From contig JAFDGC010000001.1 in NCBI GenBank assembly GCA_019309485.1, forward strand, positions 13,620-77,619: DNA of 64,000 bases. Reading direction: 5' to 3'. Numbering within the stretch: the stretch's first letter is position 1; each line of letters opens with the position of its first letter. Of this stretch, positions 34,162-43,962 are shown piece by piece. This stretch comes from Deltaproteobacteria bacterium. GTDB lineage: Bacteria > Desulfobacterota > Desulfobacteria > Desulfobacterales > UBA2156. Position numbers and translations under genes: made by a program. The notes under the pieces are model-generated. The model did no database searches. It had not been told where the DNA came from and saw only the letters and a list, made by a program, of their open reading frames with translations.

Positions 34162-35394
34162 TTATCGTTTGTCCCAACCCGGAATCGGGTACACCACTTT
34201 TCCAGTGGCCACGTCTTCCGGAAAGAGCAGCACCAGGTGCTGCTTGCCGTCTTTTTTCTGGACCTGGGTCACGACAAAGGGCATCAAGAGCTGCTTTCCG
34301 GCTTCGTCAATTTTATACGGCCCGGTCATGACCGTCACCTTTTCCGAAAGCGCCAGGGCCGCTTTCTTCAGGGAGTCGCTCTCCAGTGAATCCGCCTTTT
34401 CAATGAAAAGTCCCAAAAGCACGCCGGCGCCGTAGGCCAGGGAGGTCTGGAAATCCGGGGGATTTTCAGACTTGGGAAAGGTCTTGGCAAAAGCGGCTTC
34501 GAATTCGGCGCGGGACATGCCCGCGGTAACTTTCCAATTCAGGTTTTCATGATAAAGCGTATGCCCGAAAATGTACAGCCCGTCATCTCCCAGATCCGCC
34601 CACTGGGGCATTCCTGAATAGACCATGTAGACATACGGAAACATGAGGCCGGCTTCTTTCATTTGCCGGATCATGATTTTCTGGTCGTCCATGTAAGCGG
34701 AAGCATAAAATCCGTCGGCTTTGCTCATTCGGGCCTTCTGGAGCAGGATGGTGAAATCTTTGGTCCCCGGAGAAAATTTCTCATACTGGACCACTTCAAG
34801 ACCCTTGGCTTCGGCCAGACGCTTGGCATGCTGGGCCAGCCCGGCGGGAAAGGGCTCGTCCACGTAAACCACGGCGAGTTTTTTCACCCCGAGTGCCGTC
34901 ATATGATCGATCTCGGGTTTGGGCATCAGGGAAACGGGGGTTTCCGTTGCGGATACGATGTACTTGTGTCCTTGCTCATAGATGGCATCCGACGCCGCGG
35001 ACCAGATGACCAGCATCTTCCCGTACTTCTCCGTAATGGCCGCGGCGGCGCCGGTAAGGGTGGAACCGAAGGGGGCAAAGCAGACATCCACTTTGTCTTC
35101 GTTGATGAGTTTTTCGTAGAGCTTGACCACGGTCTCCTTGTCGCTTCGATCGTCGTAGTAGATCAACTTCACCGGAATTTTCTTGCCGCCCAATTGAAGG
35201 CCGCCGGCCTGGTTGACGGTTTCCGCCCAGATCTTGATCCCTTTGAATCCCTGGGAAGAGGCGAAAGTATAATTTCCTGTGGTGGAAATGGTCAGCCCGA
35301 TCTTGATCACGTCCTTTGCCGGAGCGGCTCCCGTCATCGGGCCGACCAGCAGAAGAGCGACAACGGCCATCAGGGTCAATGCTTTTCGTGTCAT
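34162..35394 (-). CDS. ABC transporter substrate-binding protein (LivK/branched-chain amino-acid type)
   Basis: Start trimmed to MTRKALTLMAVVALLL (signal peptide; GGAGG RBS). Periplasmic-binding-protein type I fold pattern. Confidence 0.85.
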   Translation of the reverse strand: MTRKALTLMAVVALLLVGPMTGAAPAKDVIKIGLTISTTGNYTFASSQGFKGIKIWAETVNQAGGLQLGGKKIPVKLIYYDDRSDKETVVKLYEKLINEDKVDVCFAPFGSTLTGAAAAITEKYGKMLVIWSAASDAIYEQGHKYIVSATETPVSLMPKPEIDHMTALGVKKLAVVYVDEPFPAGLAQHAKRLAEAKGLEVVQYEKFSPGTKDFTILLQKARMSKADGFYASAYMDDQKIMIRQMKEAGLMFPYVYMVYSGMPQWADLGDDGLYIFGHTLYHENLNWKVTAGMSRAEFEAAFAKTFPKSENPPDFQTSLAYGAGVLLGLFIEKADSLESDSLKKAALALSEKVTVMTGPYKIDEAGKQLLMPFVVTQVQKKDGKQHLVLLFPEDVATGKVVYPIPGWDKR

Positions 35395-35434
35395 GATTTC
35401 CTCCCTTTCTTTTGTTTTTTTGGATGACAACCGT

Positions 35435-36151
35435 TCAATCGAGCCATCCTTTGATTGTTTCGGTGAGGCGGCCGACGAAATCCTGCCGAGTGCCATCGGC
35501 CTTGTTTTGCCCCAGTTCCAGGACATATATATAATCGGCAATGTCGAAGGCCTGGCGGACGCGCTGATCCACCATGACAATGGTGATCTTCTCCGATTTC
35601 AGATCTTCCAGCGTGGCGTAAATCTGGGCGGCGATACGGGGTGCCAGGGTTGCTGTCGGTTCGTCCAACAGGCAGATGCTGGGGCCGGTTAAAAGAGATC
35701 GGCCGATTTCCAGGATTTTCTGCTGCCCGCCGCTGAGCAGCCCGGCCGGATCCCCCTGCTTTTGGGCCAGCATCGGAAAACGCTCGAATACGCCCTCGAT
35801 GGCGTCTCGGACACGGGCCTTATCCGTCTTGAATATCCAGGTACCCAATTCCAGGTTCTCTTTCACGGTCAGTTCGGGGAAGATACTCCGCAGCTGGGGG
35901 ACATAGGCGATTCCCATCCGGATAAACTCATGCACCTTGCATTCGGTGATCTCTTCGCCCCGAAGCCGGATGGATCCCGATATCGGCTTCAAGAGACCGT
36001 AAAGGGCCTTGAGGAGCGTGGATTTTCCCGCCCCGTTGGGACCGATGACGGCGGTAACCCGGCCTTCCCGGGCACAAAAGGAGACGTCCTTTAAAATATG
36101 GATATCTCCATAATAGGCGACGGTCAGGTTTTTCGCTTCGAGTATGGCCAT
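35435..36151 (-). CDS. livF: ABC transporter ATP-binding protein, LivF-type
   Basis: GPNGAGKST Walker A and LSGGQQ signature. Confidence 0.85.
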   Translation of the reverse strand: MAILEAKNLTVAYYGDIHILKDVSFCAREGRVTAVIGPNGAGKSTLLKALYGLLKPISGSIRLRGEEITECKVHEFIRMGIAYVPQLRSIFPELTVKENLELGTWIFKTDKARVRDAIEGVFERFPMLAQKQGDPAGLLSGGQQKILEIGRSLLTGPSICLLDEPTATLAPRIAAQIYATLEDLKSEKITIVMVDQRVRQAFDIADYIYVLELGQNKADGTRQDFVGRLTETIKGWLD

Positions 36152-36157
36152 GAGGAA

Positions 36158-36886
36158 TTATCCCAGATACGCGTCGATGACCCGCTTGTCGGCCTTGATC
36201 TCTTCCTCTTTTCCTCGTGCGATGATTTTGCCCAGATCAAAGACCACGATTTCATCCGAAAGGGCGTACACTGATTTCATGTCGTGGCTGATCAGCACGA
36301 AGGTTTTTCCCGTGCGCCGCATTTCGCGGATTTCACCGTAAAACCTGGCTTTCAGCTCCGGGTGAACGCCGGCAAAGGGCTCATCGAGGAGGATCAAATC
36401 CGACTCGGCGATCCAGGCGCGAAGGAGCTCGATGAGTTTCTGTTGCCCCCCGGAAAGATCGCCGCCTCCCTGTTGGGCGAGATCCCCCATCCCCACCCGT
36501 TTCAGGAGTTGAACGGCCTGTTCCCGGAGTCGGGCCGGGCTTTTCTTGGAACGCAACACCGGCGCCAAGACATTGTCTATCACCGAAATCTTTTTGAAGA
36601 CCCGGGCCACCTGAAACGTCCGTCCGATGCCCAGCACCGCGATTTCGTGCGGTTTGCGACCCACCAGGGATTTTCCCCGATAGGTGATGCTCCCTTTTTC
36701 CGGAACATAAATCCCGTTGATACAGTTCAAAAAGGTGGTTTTCCCCGACCCGTTGGGGCCGATGACCGCCGTCACTGAATTCTCCGGAATGTCCAGGCTG
36801 ATGCCGTCCAGCGCTTTCACGCCGCCGAAGGATTTTTCAAGGTCTTTGATTTTCAGCAACGGTTCCATTCCCATCGGTTCCGGCAT
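36158..36886 (-). CDS. livG: ABC transporter ATP-binding protein, LivG-type
   Basis: GPNGSGKTT, LSGGQQKL and ILLDEP motifs. The start is taken immediately after the upstream stop; an alternative ATG lies at 36868. Confidence 0.85.
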   Translation of the reverse strand: MPEPMGMEPLLKIKDLEKSFGGVKALDGISLDIPENSVTAVIGPNGSGKTTFLNCINGIYVPEKGSITYRGKSLVGRKPHEIAVLGIGRTFQVARVFKKISVIDNVLAPVLRSKKSPARLREQAVQLLKRVGMGDLAQQGGGDLSGGQQKLIELLRAWIAESDLILLDEPFAGVHPELKARFYGEIREMRRTGKTFVLISHDMKSVYALSDEIVVFDLGKIIARGKEEEIKADKRVIDAYLG

Positions 36887-36888
36887 TT

Positions 36889-37773
36889 CTAAATCCGCGT
36901 CGACACCTTTCCCAGGAGTCCCTGGGGGCGAACCATGACCATGAGGATCAAAATGACGAAGGCCACCACCGGGGACAGAGCCACAGGCATGAACACGGAG
37001 CTGACGCTTTCGGCAAGCCCGTAAACAAGCCCGCCCAGAAGCGCCCCGAGAGGGGTGCCCAGTCCTCCCAGCACGATCACCAGAAACGCGATGGTGGTGT
37101 ACGTCTGTCCCTGAACCGGCGTGATGGCGGGAAAGCTGAGGGTGACTAGGCACCCGGTAATGGCCACGATGGAAAGCCCGATACCAAAGACCAAAGCCGA
37201 CACCCGACGGACATCGATGCCCAGGATGGATACGGCATCCCGGTTTTCGATGATGGCCCGCACCGCCTTTCCCGTGTACGTCCGGTAGAGAAAAACGCTG
37301 ATGATTCCGATGGCCAGGGCGCACACACCGGCGCTGATCAACCTTCCCAGCGGTAAAAAGACCGGCCCGATAAACCAGGAAACCCGGGAAAACGGAAACG
37401 GGACCCCCCGGGGGTCCGCCTTCCAGATCAAAAGAATCACCGAAGTGATCACCAGGGAGATTCCAAAGAACGTTAGAAAGGAGGCAATTTCCGGATCATC
37501 CGACTGTTGGATCCGCTCGTAAAACAGGGCATGCAACAAGATTCCCAAAATGAAAAACAAGGGAAGAACCACAAAAATGCTTTCCAGAGAGTTCAATCCC
37601 CACAGCCTGTTCAGGGTAAAGGCCATGTACGCCCCCAGCATCATGAATTCCCCGTGGGCGAAGTTGACGATGCGCATCACGCCGTAAAGGATGTTCATGC
37701 CGATCCCGATGAGCCCGTAAATGATTCCCATCAGAACACCGGAAATAACGGCCATGAGAAGCAGTTCAATCAT
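36889..37773 (-). CDS. livH: Branched-chain amino-acid-type ABC permease, LivH-like
   Basis: Start trimmed to MIELLLMAVISG. GMNILYGVMRIVNFAHGEFMMLGAY is typical of LivH. Confidence 0.85.
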   Translation of the reverse strand: MIELLLMAVISGVLMGIIYGLIGIGMNILYGVMRIVNFAHGEFMMLGAYMAFTLNRLWGLNSLESIFVVLPLFFILGILLHALFYERIQQSDDPEIASFLTFFGISLVITSVILLIWKADPRGVPFPFSRVSWFIGPVFLPLGRLISAGVCALAIGIISVFLYRTYTGKAVRAIIENRDAVSILGIDVRRVSALVFGIGLSIVAITGCLVTLSFPAITPVQGQTYTTIAFLVIVLGGLGTPLGALLGGLVYGLAESVSSVFMPVALSPVVAFVILILMVMVRPQGLLGKVSTRI

Positions 37774-37787
37774 GCCTTTTTTCCCGC

Positions 37788-38717
37788 CTATTTCACCACT
37801 TGCCTCAACCGGGGCCACTTCCGCAGGGCTGTTCCGGCAATGCCCCGGGGCATAAAAAGGATTAGAAAAACGATCATGAGGCCCAGCACCAAAAGGTTCA
37901 AGACTGGAAAGCGGCCCCAGATGAAATCGTCGAGTCCGTACATGAAAACCGCGCCGAAAACCGGGCCGATGACGGTTCCCAGTCCTCCGAACATGGCATA
38001 AACGATGGTCTTGGCGGTGACCATCATGTTGAATGACGTGGCAGGATCCACGATGGCCGTGAACCACGCTTCAATGCCGCCCGCAACGGAAGGAATGGCG
38101 GCGGCAATCATCCAGGCTTTCAGACGGTTGACCGGGACGTTGATTCCCAGCACCGAGGCGGCCGCCGCATCGTCCCGGATACAGCGCAGCGCGACACCCA
38201 GCCGGGAGCGCGACACCCACAGGACCGTGAGCCCGCTCAGGACCATGAGCCCGAGCATGAAGTAATAACTGGTCAGGGGACGGTAGGCCCGGGAAAGGGT
38301 GATCCCGAAACTGCCTCCCGACCATTCGAAGGGAAGATTGGCCACCAGGATGCGCAGGACCATGGCCATGGCGAAATTGACGATGGCAAAGTAGATCCCC
38401 CTGAGCCGGAGGGTCGGCGCAACGGCCAGCGCCAGGGCCGTACCGATGCACCCGGACGCCAGGATGGCCGCGGGAATGGGAACATGGAACCGGCTCCACA
38501 AAACCGCCGTCACATACGTGCCCACCCCGTAGAACATGACGTAGCCGAAGGGGAGATATCCCACGAACCCGTAAATGATGTTAAAGGCGCACGCCATGGT
38601 GATCCAGAACATCATGTAGAAAAAATACGGCAGGGACACCGGGAGCAAGGGCACCACGAAAAGAAACGCCAAGCCGGCCGCAATCGATGCCCAGGCTAGA
38701 GCGGAGTACCGATTCAT
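37788..38717 (-). CDS. livM: Branched-chain amino-acid-type ABC permease, LivM-like
   Basis: 309 aa, polytopic. NIIYGFVGYLPFGYVMFYGVGTY motif. Confidence 0.85.
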   Translation of the reverse strand: MNRYSALAWASIAAGLAFLFVVPLLPVSLPYFFYMMFWITMACAFNIIYGFVGYLPFGYVMFYGVGTYVTAVLWSRFHVPIPAAILASGCIGTALALAVAPTLRLRGIYFAIVNFAMAMVLRILVANLPFEWSGGSFGITLSRAYRPLTSYYFMLGLMVLSGLTVLWVSRSRLGVALRCIRDDAAAASVLGINVPVNRLKAWMIAAAIPSVAGGIEAWFTAIVDPATSFNMMVTAKTIVYAMFGGLGTVIGPVFGAVFMYGLDDFIWGRFPVLNLLVLGLMIVFLILFMPRGIAGTALRKWPRLRQVVK

Positions 38718-38762
38718 GACCCTTTTCCGGAAGCTTCCATCACCGGCCTTTCTGCGATTCCG

Positions 38763-40097
38763 TCAAACATGGACATATTTTTCCAGTTCCCAGGGATGCA
38801 CCGTGGTGGAAAACGCCTTGACATCCTTGCCCTTGATGTCGAGGAAACGGGAGACAAAGGCATCCCCGAAGGCATTGCACAATACCCGATCTGAGGCAAA
38901 GGCGTTGAGCGCCTCCCTGAGGTCTCCGGGAAGGTCCTGAATCCCCCGGCGGCGCCTTTCCTCGGGCGTCAGGGCATAGATGTTGTCGTTGACGGGGGCC
39001 GGGGGGTCCAGCCGGCGCCGCACCCCGTCCAGCCCCGCAATGAGCAGGGCCGCATAAGCCAGGTAGGGGTTACAGCTGGAATCGGGATTCCGGGTTTCCA
39101 CCCGCATGGCCTGGGGGTCCCCCTCCGGTATCCTCAGCAGGCTCGATCGGTTCCCGAATCCCCAGGAAATATAGACCGGTGCCTCCCATCCGGGGACCAG
39201 CCGCTTGTAGGAATTCACCGACGGGTTGGTGATTCCGGTCAATCCCCAGGCATGGTCCAGGAGCCCGGCGATGAAATGCCGGGCGATGTCCGAAAGGCCA
39301 TCGGTGTTCCGGGGATCGTAGAAAAGGTTCGCGCCGGCGGCCGCGTCCTTAAGATTCAAATGCACGTGCATCCCGCACCCGTAAGTCCAGACAAAGGGTT
39401 TGGGCATGAAGCTGCCGATGAGTCCCTTTTGGGCGGCCATATGCTTGACCACCTGGCGGTAGGTCATGGTCTGATCCGCCACGCTCAGGGCGTCGGCGTA
39501 GGCGAAGGTGATTTCGTGTTTGCCGCTGGGTACCTCGTGGTGGTTTTTTTCCGTAACGATCCCCATGGCGTCCAGGGCCCGGCTGATGTCTTTGCGGAAC
39601 TCCGCCCCCTTATCATAAGGATAAATATCGAAATAAGACGCCCGGTCGCTGGGAATGTATTCCCCTTTTTCGTTTTTCTCCAAAAGAAAGAACTCGATTT
39701 CGGGGGCCACCATGAAGGCCCATCCCGGACTAAATTCCGACTGCATCCCGGCCACGGTCTTTTTCAAAAGCCCCCGGGGATCCGCCTCGAAGGGACGGGA
39801 TCCGTCCCCGGTGAAGACGTCGCAGATTAACCGGGCGCTTTTGTTTTCGACATCCCCGAACGGCAGAACCTGGTAAGTGGTCGGATCGGGTTTCAGCGTC
39901 AGGTCGCTCTGGTTCACCGGCACGTATTTGCAGGACGAGCCGTCGAAACCGAGCCCCTTTTCCAGAAGGCTTTCGATGTTCCGGGCCGGATGCACCAGTT
40001 GTCGAAATTTCCCGTCAAGGGTGGTGAACTGAAAATGGACGAATGCGACCCGGTCTTCCCGGATCCGTTTCTCAATGTCTGGCATATGGAAGATCAC
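38763..40097 (-). CDS. Glutamine synthetase-family (type I-like, gamma-glutamyl ligase) enzyme
   Basis: 444 aa with a GS beta-grasp N-domain and a catalytic-domain pattern (NHHEVPSGKHEI.., SYKRLVPGWEAP, NRSSLLRIP). Confidence 0.85.
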   Translation of the reverse strand: MIFHMPDIEKRIREDRVAFVHFQFTTLDGKFRQLVHPARNIESLLEKGLGFDGSSCKYVPVNQSDLTLKPDPTTYQVLPFGDVENKSARLICDVFTGDGSRPFEADPRGLLKKTVAGMQSEFSPGWAFMVAPEIEFFLLEKNEKGEYIPSDRASYFDIYPYDKGAEFRKDISRALDAMGIVTEKNHHEVPSGKHEITFAYADALSVADQTMTYRQVVKHMAAQKGLIGSFMPKPFVWTYGCGMHVHLNLKDAAAGANLFYDPRNTDGLSDIARHFIAGLLDHAWGLTGITNPSVNSYKRLVPGWEAPVYISWGFGNRSSLLRIPEGDPQAMRVETRNPDSSCNPYLAYAALLIAGLDGVRRRLDPPAPVNDNIYALTPEERRRRGIQDLPGDLREALNAFASDRVLCNAFGDAFVSRFLDIKGKDVKAFSTTVHPWELEKYVHV

Positions 40098-41364
40098 TCC
40101 TTTTTCTTTGATCCAACAGCAAAAGGGCTTGCAGGAGACACTGGGCGCCTTTGACGATGCTTGACGTTTCGGTGAATTCCTCCGGACAATGGCTGCGGCC
40201 GGCCCTGCAGGGGATAAAGATCATCCCGGCTTCGGTAATCCGCGACAGATGGGCGGCATCGTGCCCCGCCATGCTGATGAGATTCCGCCGTTTGAGCCCG
40301 AGACGGTCGGCGGCTTCGGCGATGGCCTGCTTCACCGGGGTGGAAAACCTTACCGGTGCGCTGTCATAGGTCACGATTCGCTCGATTTGAATTTTTCGGA
40401 AGGCTTCGGTCTCCCGGATGCGGTCTTCCAGCTTTTGGCGGATGCGCCGGATGCGGTCAGTGTAAAAGCTGCGGATTTCCATATCCAGGGTCACCCGGGC
40501 CGGGGTGATGTTGATGGAGTTGGGAAACACGGAAATGTGGCCCACGGTGGCCACGGCCAGCCCATCCTCTTCTTTTGCCGCGGTTTCAAGTTTTAAAACG
40601 ATTTCCGATGCCGCACACAAGGCGTCTTTCCGCCGGTCCATGGGCGTGGTTCCCCCGTGATCCGCCTCGCCGGTGAGGATGAGGGTTTGCCGGAAAATCC
40701 CGGTGACGCCTTCTACGACCCCGATGTCCCTTTTTTCCGAATCCAGAAACGGCATTTGCTCGATGTGCAGTTCCAGAAAATAGGCGATCTCTTCAGGAGA
40801 GCGGACCGCGTCGTCCATCTTTTCCATGTTTCCGCCCACGGCCTTCAAGGCGCTCGGGAAATCGTTCCCCCGTTCATCCATCAACCGGCGCACATCTTCT
40901 TTTTTGATGATCCCCGCCATCCCTCGACTTCCAAAGGTGGAAATTCCGAAATCATTGGGCTCTTCGGCGGTCAACAGGCACAACTCGAAGGGATGATCCG
41001 TTTCGATGTCAAACAGATCCAGGACGCGGAAGGCTTCCAGGGAACTGAAAAGACCGGCGGGGCCGTCGTATCGGCCGCCGTTCCGGACCGAGTCGAGATG
41101 CGATCCGGTTAAAATCACCGGCCAGTCCCGGTGTCGTCCCGGCCGCCGGGCAAAGATGTTCCCCAGTGCATCGATACGGATATCGAGGGAAAACTCTTTT
41201 TCTAAAATCTTTAAAAACACCTTCCGGGCTTCCACATCCTTATTGGTGAAGGCCAGGCGTGTCACGCCGCCGTCCGGGTCTTTCCCGATTTGTCCGAATC
41301 GATCAATCAGCCCGGCCATGCGGCTTAAATCAAAACCCGCTTTGAGTTGTTCGACGGAAATCAT
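40072..41364 (-). CDS. M20-family Zn-dependent amidohydrolase (allantoate amidohydrolase / N-carbamoyl-amino-acid hydrolase type)
   Basis: GGVTRLAFT..., LTGSHLDSVRNGGRYDGPAG and HAGHDA-type motifs. Confidence 0.85.
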   Translation of the reverse strand: MISVEQLKAGFDLSRMAGLIDRFGQIGKDPDGGVTRLAFTNKDVEARKVFLKILEKEFSLDIRIDALGNIFARRPGRHRDWPVILTGSHLDSVRNGGRYDGPAGLFSSLEAFRVLDLFDIETDHPFELCLLTAEEPNDFGISTFGSRGMAGIIKKEDVRRLMDERGNDFPSALKAVGGNMEKMDDAVRSPEEIAYFLELHIEQMPFLDSEKRDIGVVEGVTGIFRQTLILTGEADHGGTTPMDRRKDALCAASEIVLKLETAAKEEDGLAVATVGHISVFPNSINITPARVTLDMEIRSFYTDRIRRIRQKLEDRIRETEAFRKIQIERIVTYDSAPVRFSTPVKQAIAEAADRLGLKRRNLISMAGHDAAHLSRITEAGMIFIPCRAGRSHCPEEFTETSSIVKGAQCLLQALLLLDQRKRSDLPYARH

Positions 41365-41407
41365 GGTTCCTGCCGCTGTTGATCAAGTGGATTGCGTGTA
41401 AAACGCC

Positions 41408-42262
41408 TCATATAAAAATCCCCACGCTTTTGGCCAGTTCTTCAAACTCTTTGGCCAGGGTTTCCGATTCCTCGCGGTTGGCTTTTCCCACCCGGGTGAC
41501 GATCATATTGAACAGGCACAGGGCAGAACAATAGGAGTCGAAAATGGTGCTGAAGGTCACCGGGATGGTAATGGAGATGTCGCTAAGCTCCACAAGAGGG
41601 GAGTCGATCCGATCCGTGATGCCGCATATGGCCCCTTCCCGCTTTCTGCAAAATCGAACAATATCCAGGGTCTCCTTGGGGTAGCGGGGAAATGCGATGG
41701 CGATCAAAAGGTCTTTTTCCGAAAAGGAAAGGAGCCGGTCGTAAACAACGGTCTCTCCCGAGGTGACGGCGAATACGTTGCGCTTCACCTTGCCCAGAAA
41801 ATAGAAGAAATACTGGGCCAATGCCGCCGATCCCCGGGTTCCCACAATAAAAACCTTATGGCTTCGGCAGATTTGCTCCACCAGGTTTTCGAAGGGTTGG
41901 CTGGGAAAGGATTTGGCCAGAAGATCCAGTGTACAGATTTCCCGGACGATGATATCGAACTCGGATTTGTTTTTTTTACTGTTTTTCCCCAGGCTCAGCC
42001 GGAGCCGCTCCGTGGAAGTGAGCCTTTCCTTCAACAGGGCCTGGATCCGTTCGATAAACGCGCTGTACTGGGAAAAACCCAGAAACTGGGAAAACCGGAT
42101 CACGGTGGGCTGGCTGACGCCCACCTCCCGGGCCAGCTGGGTGGCGCTCATGAAGGCGGCTTTTTCATAGTTGTCCATGAGATAGGCGGCGATTTTGGCG
42201 TGCTGCTTTGAAAAGCGGCCCCGATGTTCCTTAATCCGCTGAAGGATATTCTGTTTTTGCAT
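41408..42262 (-). CDS. MurR/RpiR-family transcriptional regulator (HTH_6 plus SIS)
   Basis: The N-terminal HTH (ATQLAREVGVSQPTVIRF) and a SIS domain (VFIVGTRGSAALA). Confidence 0.88.
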   Translation of the reverse strand: MQKQNILQRIKEHRGRFSKQHAKIAAYLMDNYEKAAFMSATQLAREVGVSQPTVIRFSQFLGFSQYSAFIERIQALLKERLTSTERLRLSLGKNSKKNKSEFDIIVREICTLDLLAKSFPSQPFENLVEQICRSHKVFIVGTRGSAALAQYFFYFLGKVKRNVFAVTSGETVVYDRLLSFSEKDLLIAIAFPRYPKETLDIVRFCRKREGAICGITDRIDSPLVELSDISITIPVTFSTIFDSYCSALCLFNMIVTRVGKANREESETLAKEFEELAKSVGIFI

Positions 42263-42272
42263 AAAATCCTTC

Positions 42273-42297
42273 CTGAGTATTGATATGAATAATAATA
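42273..42297. promoter_or_regulatory. AT-rich palindrome ATATGAAT-N9-ATTCATAT, 11 nt upstream of the RpiR start
   Basis: Direct read. Perfect 8-bp arms. Confidence 0.45.
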
Positions 42298-42488
42298 ATA
42301 TTCATATATAGACCAATGAAGCGATTAATTCATTGTATCGGGATTGTCAACCCTTTTCTCACGGGTTTTTTGAAATGTCCGGACGTCCTGAAGAGCCGGA
42401 CGGACAAGGCGCCCGCCGGACTTTGAGAATCCTCCGGCGGCGCTTGTAAACAAAGGCCTTGCCGTGCTATAAAGTTATCATCCAGTCT

Positions 42489-42540
42489 TGACCGGAACGC
42501 TTCCCGCAACCCCGGCTTGTAATGCGGGACCGGGGAAAAG
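42489..42540 (-). repeat. Half copy E of the repeat family (inverted, diverged hairpin)
   Basis: tgaccggaacgcttcccgcaaCCCCGGcttgtaatgcgggaCCGGGGaaaag. Confidence 0.65.
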
Positions 42541-42610
42541 CTGTTGGAATCCATTTTCCTTGCCGGGAAGCCCCGGTCTTCGGGGCAGAAAGGCTCCAAA
42601 TCGGATCCGG

Positions 42611-43909
42611 ATGCAGATTGTCACCACGCACAAAAACACCGATTTTGACGGCCTCGCCGCCACCCTCGCCGTCACTTTTCTTTATCCGGAAACCACGGCG
42701 GTGCTCCCCAGAGCACTGAATCCCAACGTAAAAGCCTTTTTGTCCATCCACAAGGATCTGTTTGCGATCAAAACCCCTGTCGATATCGACCTGAACGCCG
42801 TCACACGGCTTATCGTCGTGGATACGAACCAGTGGAAGCGGCTGGATCGAATGGAGGCCCTGAAAAACCGTGCGGGGCTTGAAATCGTCGTCTATGATCA
42901 CCATGATGAAGCCGGTACCATCCGGGCTTCAAAGGAAACGCGAGAAAGCATCGGCGCCGTGACCACGCTTCTGGTGAGGGAACTCAGACACCACCGCACT
43001 CCCTTGACCCCCATCCAGGCCACGCTACTGTTGACGGGAATATATGAAGACACCGGACACCTCACCTTCCCCTCCACCACCGCCGAAGACGTCTATGCCG
43101 CGGGATGGCTTTTGGAAAAGGGGGCGGATCTGGATATTTTGAGCACCTTTTTGAAACCGGCGTACAGCGAAAAACACAAGGCGGTCCTGTTTACCCTGCT
43201 CCAAAACGCCAGGCGCACAAAAGTGAAAGGGCACCGCATCAGCATCGGCAGGGCGCCTATCCACGGCCATATCGACAACCTGGCGGTGGTGGTGCGCATG
43301 CTCCTGGAAATCGTGAACGTGGACGCCGCCTTCGGAATCTTCAGCAATTCTGACAAGCGCCGCTGCATGATCATCGGCCGGAGTCAGTCCGATGCCATCG
43401 ATGTGGGGGCCATCCTGCGGAGCATGGGGGGCGGCGGCCACCCCCGGGCCGCTTCGGCCCAGATCAAAGACGCCAACCCGGAGGCCGTGGAACAGTGGAT
43501 CCTGGAGCTGATCCGGGGAAACCAGCAGGCCTCGGTACAGGTCAGCGACCTCATGTCCTTTCCGGTCATCACCATTTCCCCCGGCGCCAGCATGGAAGAA
43601 GCGGCCCGAATGCTTCGGCAGAAGGGCATCACCGGAGTCCCGGTGGTCAGCAAGGGACGGGTCGTCGGGATGATCTCCCGCCGGGATTTCAGCCGGCTGC
43701 GAAAAGAATCCCAACTCCAGCGGCCAGTGAAAAGTTTCATGTCCGTGAACCCCCAATGCATCGAACCCGGGAAAAGCCCCATGCAGGCTGCCCAGATCAT
43801 GGTGAAACACGACGTTGGACGGCTCCCCGTGGTGGAGGACGGGCGACTCATCGGGATCGTCTCCCGATCGGATATCATGCGGTATTTTTACGATTTGCTT
43901 CCCGATTGA
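42611..43909 (+). CDS. DHH/DHHA1 phosphoesterase-like protein with a tandem CBS pair
   Basis: Start trimmed to MQIVTTHKNTDFDGLA. VVYDHHD and GGGGHPRAASA motifs. The C-terminus has two CBS motifs. Confidence 0.8.
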   Translation: MQIVTTHKNTDFDGLAATLAVTFLYPETTAVLPRALNPNVKAFLSIHKDLFAIKTPVDIDLNAVTRLIVVDTNQWKRLDRMEALKNRAGLEIVVYDHHDEAGTIRASKETRESIGAVTTLLVRELRHHRTPLTPIQATLLLTGIYEDTGHLTFPSTTAEDVYAAGWLLEKGADLDILSTFLKPAYSEKHKAVLFTLLQNARRTKVKGHRISIGRAPIHGHIDNLAVVVRMLLEIVNVDAAFGIFSNSDKRRCMIIGRSQSDAIDVGAILRSMGGGGHPRAASAQIKDANPEAVEQWILELIRGNQQASVQVSDLMSFPVITISPGASMEEAARMLRQKGITGVPVVSKGRVVGMISRRDFSRLRKESQLQRPVKSFMSVNPQCIEPGKSPMQAAQIMVKHDVGRLPVVEDGRLIGIVSRSDIMRYFYDLLPD

Positions 43910-43962
43910 ACCGGGAGATGTCCGGTATTTCCACTACCAGAAGGGATGCGGTGCGAATTTGC

